Positions 7,752 to 12,085 of a stretch of DNA of 12,085 bases are shown here, piece by piece. This DNA comes from Amoeboaphelidium protococcarum X5 (taxonomy: Eukaryota > Fungi > Aphelidiomycota), in assembly GCA_023515725.1 (NCBI GenBank), contig JALDTO010000081.1, positions 1-12,085 on the forward strand, written 5' to 3'. Position 1 is the stretch's first letter. Every line of letters starts with the position of its first letter. The position numbers were made by a program, and so were the translations under genes. The notes under the pieces were generated by a model that saw only the letters and a list, made by a program, of their open reading frames with translations, was not told where the DNA came from and did not search any database.

Positions 7752-9428
7752 TCAATCTATTGGCGACCATCGAGCGACATCTTCGTGTGGAATGAGGAGA
7801 TAATTTCTATGAGGTTGAGATGGCGGCGATGGAGACATTTAGTTAGATGATTGATCAACAGTCGGATTTTGAACCACTGGCAGCAAATCTTCCAATGTCA
7901 ACTCTTCCTCATTAATTTTGTCTTCATTCAACTACTACTACTACTACTACTGTTATTACTATATGGTAGATATCCTTAATGAGTTATCAGCACTCTTGGT
8001 ACCAAATCTCTTTGAAGATCTGGCATCAGCATTACCAGCTCGCAGTATAAATGTTCTCTCATTCATGTTGACTTTCTCTGATTTTGTGGATTCCTTCAGT
8101 ACATTCTTCGCTGATATACTATTATTACTACCAATATGAATACTTAGATCCGACAGATTTTACCTGAATTAATCATCAGAACTCAGCTTCAATTTAATTT
8201 GTCCACAAGGATCTTCACTAGCTTCATTTGAGAGAGAATACCACCCATCTATGCACTGCATTCCATAAGAAAGTGAAGAGTGATCAACTTTACATGAAGC
8301 TATCAAGTCCTTTCTATCATTCAACAACTACACCTCAATATGGCCTTTCATTGTCCCATCTAGGATGCTAATCTTCCAATAAATGCTATTAAGATTAGAA
8401 CATTAAACTTCCTTTTAGTACAAAGTTCTTCCAGATATAATTTAAACAAATACTATAGGACACGTAATGTATATATTGGAAATCTTCTCCACCATAAGAA
8501 ACATCAATCTTTAAGGCTACTTTGAAGTTGATAATTGCGAGTGTTAACTCTACTCATTCTAGTCAACATGCAAATCTTTATTCAAATTCGGTGAATGATT
8601 TCCGGCCCTATCATTAACTTAATCTACGTTGAAAGAGCGCTATACATTAGTGCCAGATGATTTAGTAGCAGATAAAGCACCAGAGAACATTACAGTTGAT
8701 AACAGAGAATCTTAAATCTACGCGTGAAGACTCTATGCTCGCTACATGAGCAACTGCAATTTACTTTAATCGATAACGTTTTACTAAGCTCTATAACTAC
8801 TCTTAATATCAGGAGATACGTTCTCTTTATCCTACCTGATTTAAGAGGTGTTAAAATTCCTTAATGGACTTTTAGACTTTGGTCGATGAATAACATGGTC
8901 AGTTGGCGGCACTTTGACTTCAACAGGTCGTTGTAAATCGTCACCAACTTTCAAAGGCGTCAGACTCAAACCAAGCGTAATTTAACCAATAGACTTCTTA
9001 TTTAGATTAAGTACATGCAGTCCGATCTCAACCTCTTCACCAAGCTTATCAAGCACCTACTGCATTAGAGTTGAAGGTATGAAACAATGACCAATTTGTT
9101 AATTAGGATTACTGCCCAATGAACAGAATACACTGATATTCAACTACTTCATATCGCCAATATATTATTAAAACTAGCCTAAAGCACTCAAAATGTCAAA
9201 TTCAACTATATCTGGATAGCCTTCTACCTCCTGTGATGTACGCCCATCACTCATATGTCTCTATAAATTCAAGAAGTGAAACTAATCCGATCCCCAGAAT
9301 TTAAATTTGGCATACATAGATTGACCATGAATTTACTTTTAACTGCTTGCATTTAACTGTAATTTAATGGCTCTAATGCACAGTTGGAACTACTTTTATC
9401 CCTCCACTCTAGGCGGCAGAGTTTCCAT
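7752..9428 (-). CDS. C2CD3: Compact C2CD3-like centriole distal-end protein (558 aa, intronless; N-terminal C2CD3-type C2 domain plus one later C2 domain)
   Basis: ATG 9428 to TGA 7752-7754, 559 codons; entirely missing from the standard-code track. TLPPRVEGQ, KFKFWGSD, QFQQYIGDM and KKSIGQITLGLSLTPL resemble, from memory, animal C2CD3 SLPPLVEGQ, RVRWWGE, QFTSYLTDM and KKLGELQVSLALEPL. SYGMQCIDGWYSL...PCGQIKL resembles its last C2 domain. Confidence 0.8.
7932..7961 (-). repeat. Poly-Gln (Q10) tract written TAG TAA TAA CAG (TAG)6
   Basis: In frame within the C2CD3-like ORF; mixes a canonical CAG with reassigned TAR codons. Confidence 0.9.
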
Positions 9429-9626
9429 GACATATACTCTTTATTGCGTTAGATACTCTGCAGTCGAGCAGATCCCACTCTAAAACAGAATAGAACGCGC
9501 TTTCGCTGAAACAGAGAATTCAGTAGACTGTGAAGAATGCATAAGGGAAAGATTACGAAAATACAGTACCAAACAAATAACGCGAGCAATGAATGACCAA
9601 TAAATTCTATTTTTATTGAGTACGAA

Positions 9627-10499
9627 TCATGAACCAACGTTGGCGTTGAGGTATTAAATGAACACCTCGCCAATACCAGAGTGGGCTCCAACCATGCGAT
9701 TGAGAGTCAGAAATTGTCTTCGCAGTCGTTTCAGTTCTTGCGGTCTCACATCGGTTGGAGAGTTGATTTGGGTGAACTAAAGAGGCGTCGCGTAGCTGAG
9801 AACGGTGCATCCGCCACTCTGAATATCCATCCCTTCGGACGCACACTTGAGCACAGCCGCTACAATCTCTGAGGTGATCTAGTCAATGTCAGTGATATTT
9901 TACACAGACGGCGACACTGTCTTCCGAGTGGCTAATGTTGGTCTCAGCTTAACATCACTCTGCAAATATGAAATAATTTGATCAATTTGCGAATCAATCT
10001 CAGATTCACTATTACCATCAGAAACGTTATTTGTGGTGAATATATTAAAAAGTGGCGAATCCCACCGATTAGTAGATATAGGCTCTTCATAACGCATCAT
10101 CAACGCAGATAGTACGGCATCAGAGTATTTCGCAGCTGTACCATGCTGCATATTTCTATCACGTATGTCATCATCACTAGCATTAACGTACACCACACAG
10201 TATTAAGTCGGTACAGCACGAGCGACACAATATAATTAATATCTACAACTCTTTATATTGTTCATAGCATCCATAATTACTATAGAGTCTTTGCTAATGA
10301 ACTTTTCCACTTGCGATAGAATGGATCCGCGAATTTTCTTCTCCTCGTAGTCAGTCGAGTATGCCTAGTCATGTTCTCCATCAGCGAGCCCATCATTAAT
10401 CAACTGGACACTCTTACCACCGGGTATTTTATCAATCAATTTGTTGGCGATTGTAGTCTTACCGCTCAATGGCTTACCAGTCAGCACTATCAATGGCAT
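9627..10499 (-). CDS. KTI12: Kti12, Elongator-associated P-loop (PSTK-like) protein, 290 aa
   Basis: MPLIVLTGKPLSGKTT P-loop, EEKKIRG, IVIMDAMNNIKSCRYQLYCVAR, MRYEEP..NRWDSPLF, ELKRLRRQFL, FIQYLN. ATG 10499 to TGA 9627-9629, 291 codons; includes track ORF 9900..10196. Confidence 0.96.
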
Positions 10500-10868
10500 A
10501 CTTGTAATATATTTATTTAACGTGATAATTAATGCTCACACGCTATCTGCTATATGAGGAGCGCTGTGTGGTGATCTAAAAATGGAAACGCGCCGATCTG
10601 ATTGACGCGTCTCTGATTGGCCAAGAGGCAATTTTTAATCACTTCCTGTCCAGTTGCACAATCGATCGTGGCTGTTATATCAACGCCCTTTTTATCCTCT
10701 AATAATTCTATATCTTTCTTCTTGTTGGTTATAATATTTATTCACCTACTGCTCATATAATAAATTCCTCTCTGTTTATCCTTGTTATTGCGCATCACTG
10801 TTTTGTAGTAGACTGATTGACATACATATTTAAAGCTCGAATTAATTACAAGATAATAGTAGACACTG
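10500..10868. promoter_or_regulatory. Divergent intergenic/promoter region between KTI12 and SKT5 with MCB-like and CCAAT motifs
   Basis: AAACGCGCC 10586-10594, ACGCGT 10605-10610, CTGATTG twice (10598, 10613; the second is a reverse CCAAT). The motifs are seen; their function is inferred. Confidence 0.45.
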
Positions 10869-12085
10869 ATGTATTCATAATAATAACAATAGTAATCTCA
10901 AGATTAAATTTACATGCAGTCATCGCAGTAGTAATAGTAGCGGTAATAATAACAATTGTAATAAGGTGCACAGTAATTATAGTCTCCTCAATAGTAGAAA
11001 ATGTATTAGCCGCAACCGCTGCAGCAGCAGTAGTAGTAGGTGTTGTATAGAAAAGCTGCAAGTGCTGCCTCTGCCACGCCTCAGACCTCGAGATCAACCA
11101 CGGCTACTTCGCTGAGCAGTTACAGCAATCAGTCGGCAGCTAGTGCTCATACTGGATCTGAACACTCTCGTCAGATGACTAATGGCAATGGAAGTTTAAA
11201 TGGCGGTGGTGTCTCTGTTGCAAGCGGAAATCAGTACATTGACGCGGTATCCTCGGGCGATGGACCGCAAAGAGCTGTAATGTATAGTCAGAATAACAAT
11301 CGCTCTAACGGTGCACTATCAGCCTCGCTTATATCCAACTCTTATGGACGACATTAGCCTGGAGATTTGGCGTCACTGGTTTCCTATGAGCAGACTTTGT
11401 AAATGTACAGAGAGAATGCCAAGAAGAGTCAAGACGTACAAACTCAACTCGACTTTGCCAAGTATCTTATCCAAATTTCCGAGTCTATTCAGGTGATGCC
11501 AGGTGACAAGTTAATGTCAAAGAAGCGAGACTCTCTGATGCAAGAAGGTATCAAGTGGATCAAGAAGCTGGCGAATAACGGACTGGGTCTTGGTAAACCA
11601 GCTTTTGCTGAGGCTCAATTCTTCCTAGCCGAGTGTTATGGCAATGGAATCTTTGGGCTTCCCATTGATCACGACAAGGCCTTCTCTATGTACGTGCAAG
11701 CTTCCAAGTAGAACCATGCCGCGTCCACCTATCGTGCCGGAGTGTGTTACGAGATCGGTGCCGGTTGCAGAAAAGATGCTGCTCGTGCTGTATAGTTTTA
11801 TAGGAAAGCTGCTGCATTGGGTGATATTAATGCCATGTATAAACTTGCGGTGATCCTGCTGAATGGTATGATGAGTGTGTAGAAGAATGAGCGTGAAGGT
11901 GTCACTTGGCTTAAACGTGCTGCCCAAGCTGCAGATGAGAATCATCCCGAAGCTTTACATGAACTGGCGTCTGTGTATGAGAAGGGAGGTGTACCGTCCA
12001 TCATATCGGATGAGAGTTATTCGCGCGAGTTGTATACAAAGGCAGCGTAGTTGGGTTATGCACCATCGCAGTTCAAGCTTGGCTA
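10869..12085 (+). CDS. SKT5: 3'-partial chitin synthase activator Chs4/Skt5 family protein (Sel1-like repeats) with Gln-rich N-terminus
   Basis: One frame from ATG 10869 joins track ORFs 11040..11357 and 11403..11711 and runs off the window. MYRENAKKSQD..TQLDFAKYLI, EAQFFLAECYGNG, QASKQNHAASTYRAGVCYEIGAG, QFYRKAAALGD..AMYKL, WLKRAA..ADE.HPEALHELA, KAAQLGYAPSQFKLG. Confidence 0.9.

Noticed and set aside
7918-8139. Track ORF with a poly-Tyr run
   Set aside because: Antisense shadow of the (TAG)n poly-Gln tract in C2CD3.
9449-9872. Track ORFs 9449..9691, 9613..9846 and 9681..9872
   Set aside because: Alternative frames over the KTI12 3' end and the short intergenic region.
10817-11097. Hydrophobic Ile/Val-rich and Thr-rich track ORFs
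   Set aside because: Off-frame and antisense readings of the SKT5 Gln-rich N-terminus.
11311-11945. Track ORFs 11311..11496, 11625..11945 and 11638..11853
   Set aside because: Shadows of SKT5.
1-12085. Reading the many in-frame TAA/TAG as pseudogenisation
   Set aside because: The conserved genes have no frameshifts or internal TGA, and TAR falls at conserved Gln positions.

Overview
Gene-dense eukaryotic DNA that only reads sensibly with the variant nuclear code TAA/TAG = Gln, TGA = sole stop (translation table 6). The supplied standard-code ORF track therefore shows only fragments and antisense shadows. A fungal-type chitin synthase activator (Chs4/Skt5), a centriolar C2CD3-like gene and this code together point to an aphelid such as Amoeboaphelidium protococcarum (inference). 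The right half (about 5.9-12.1 kb) is ordinary host DNA: a tentative hypothetical gene, BET1, a compact C2CD3, KTI12 and SKT5/CHS4. The left half (1 to about 5.75 kb) looks like an accessory island of four short intronless genes: an RRM protein, a 354-aa protein with a possible serine-recombinase-like domain, a stand-alone dsRNA-binding-domain protein and a minimal Set9/Suv4-20-like SET methyltransferase. A 929-bp non-autonomous PIF/Harbinger-like element is nested in the island, and a GC-rich repeat/hairpin block lies at its right edge. The island is the best candidate for an undescribed system, possibly a mobile element carrying RNA-binding and chromatin-writing cargo. All family assignments are by eye from motifs; no searches were run.
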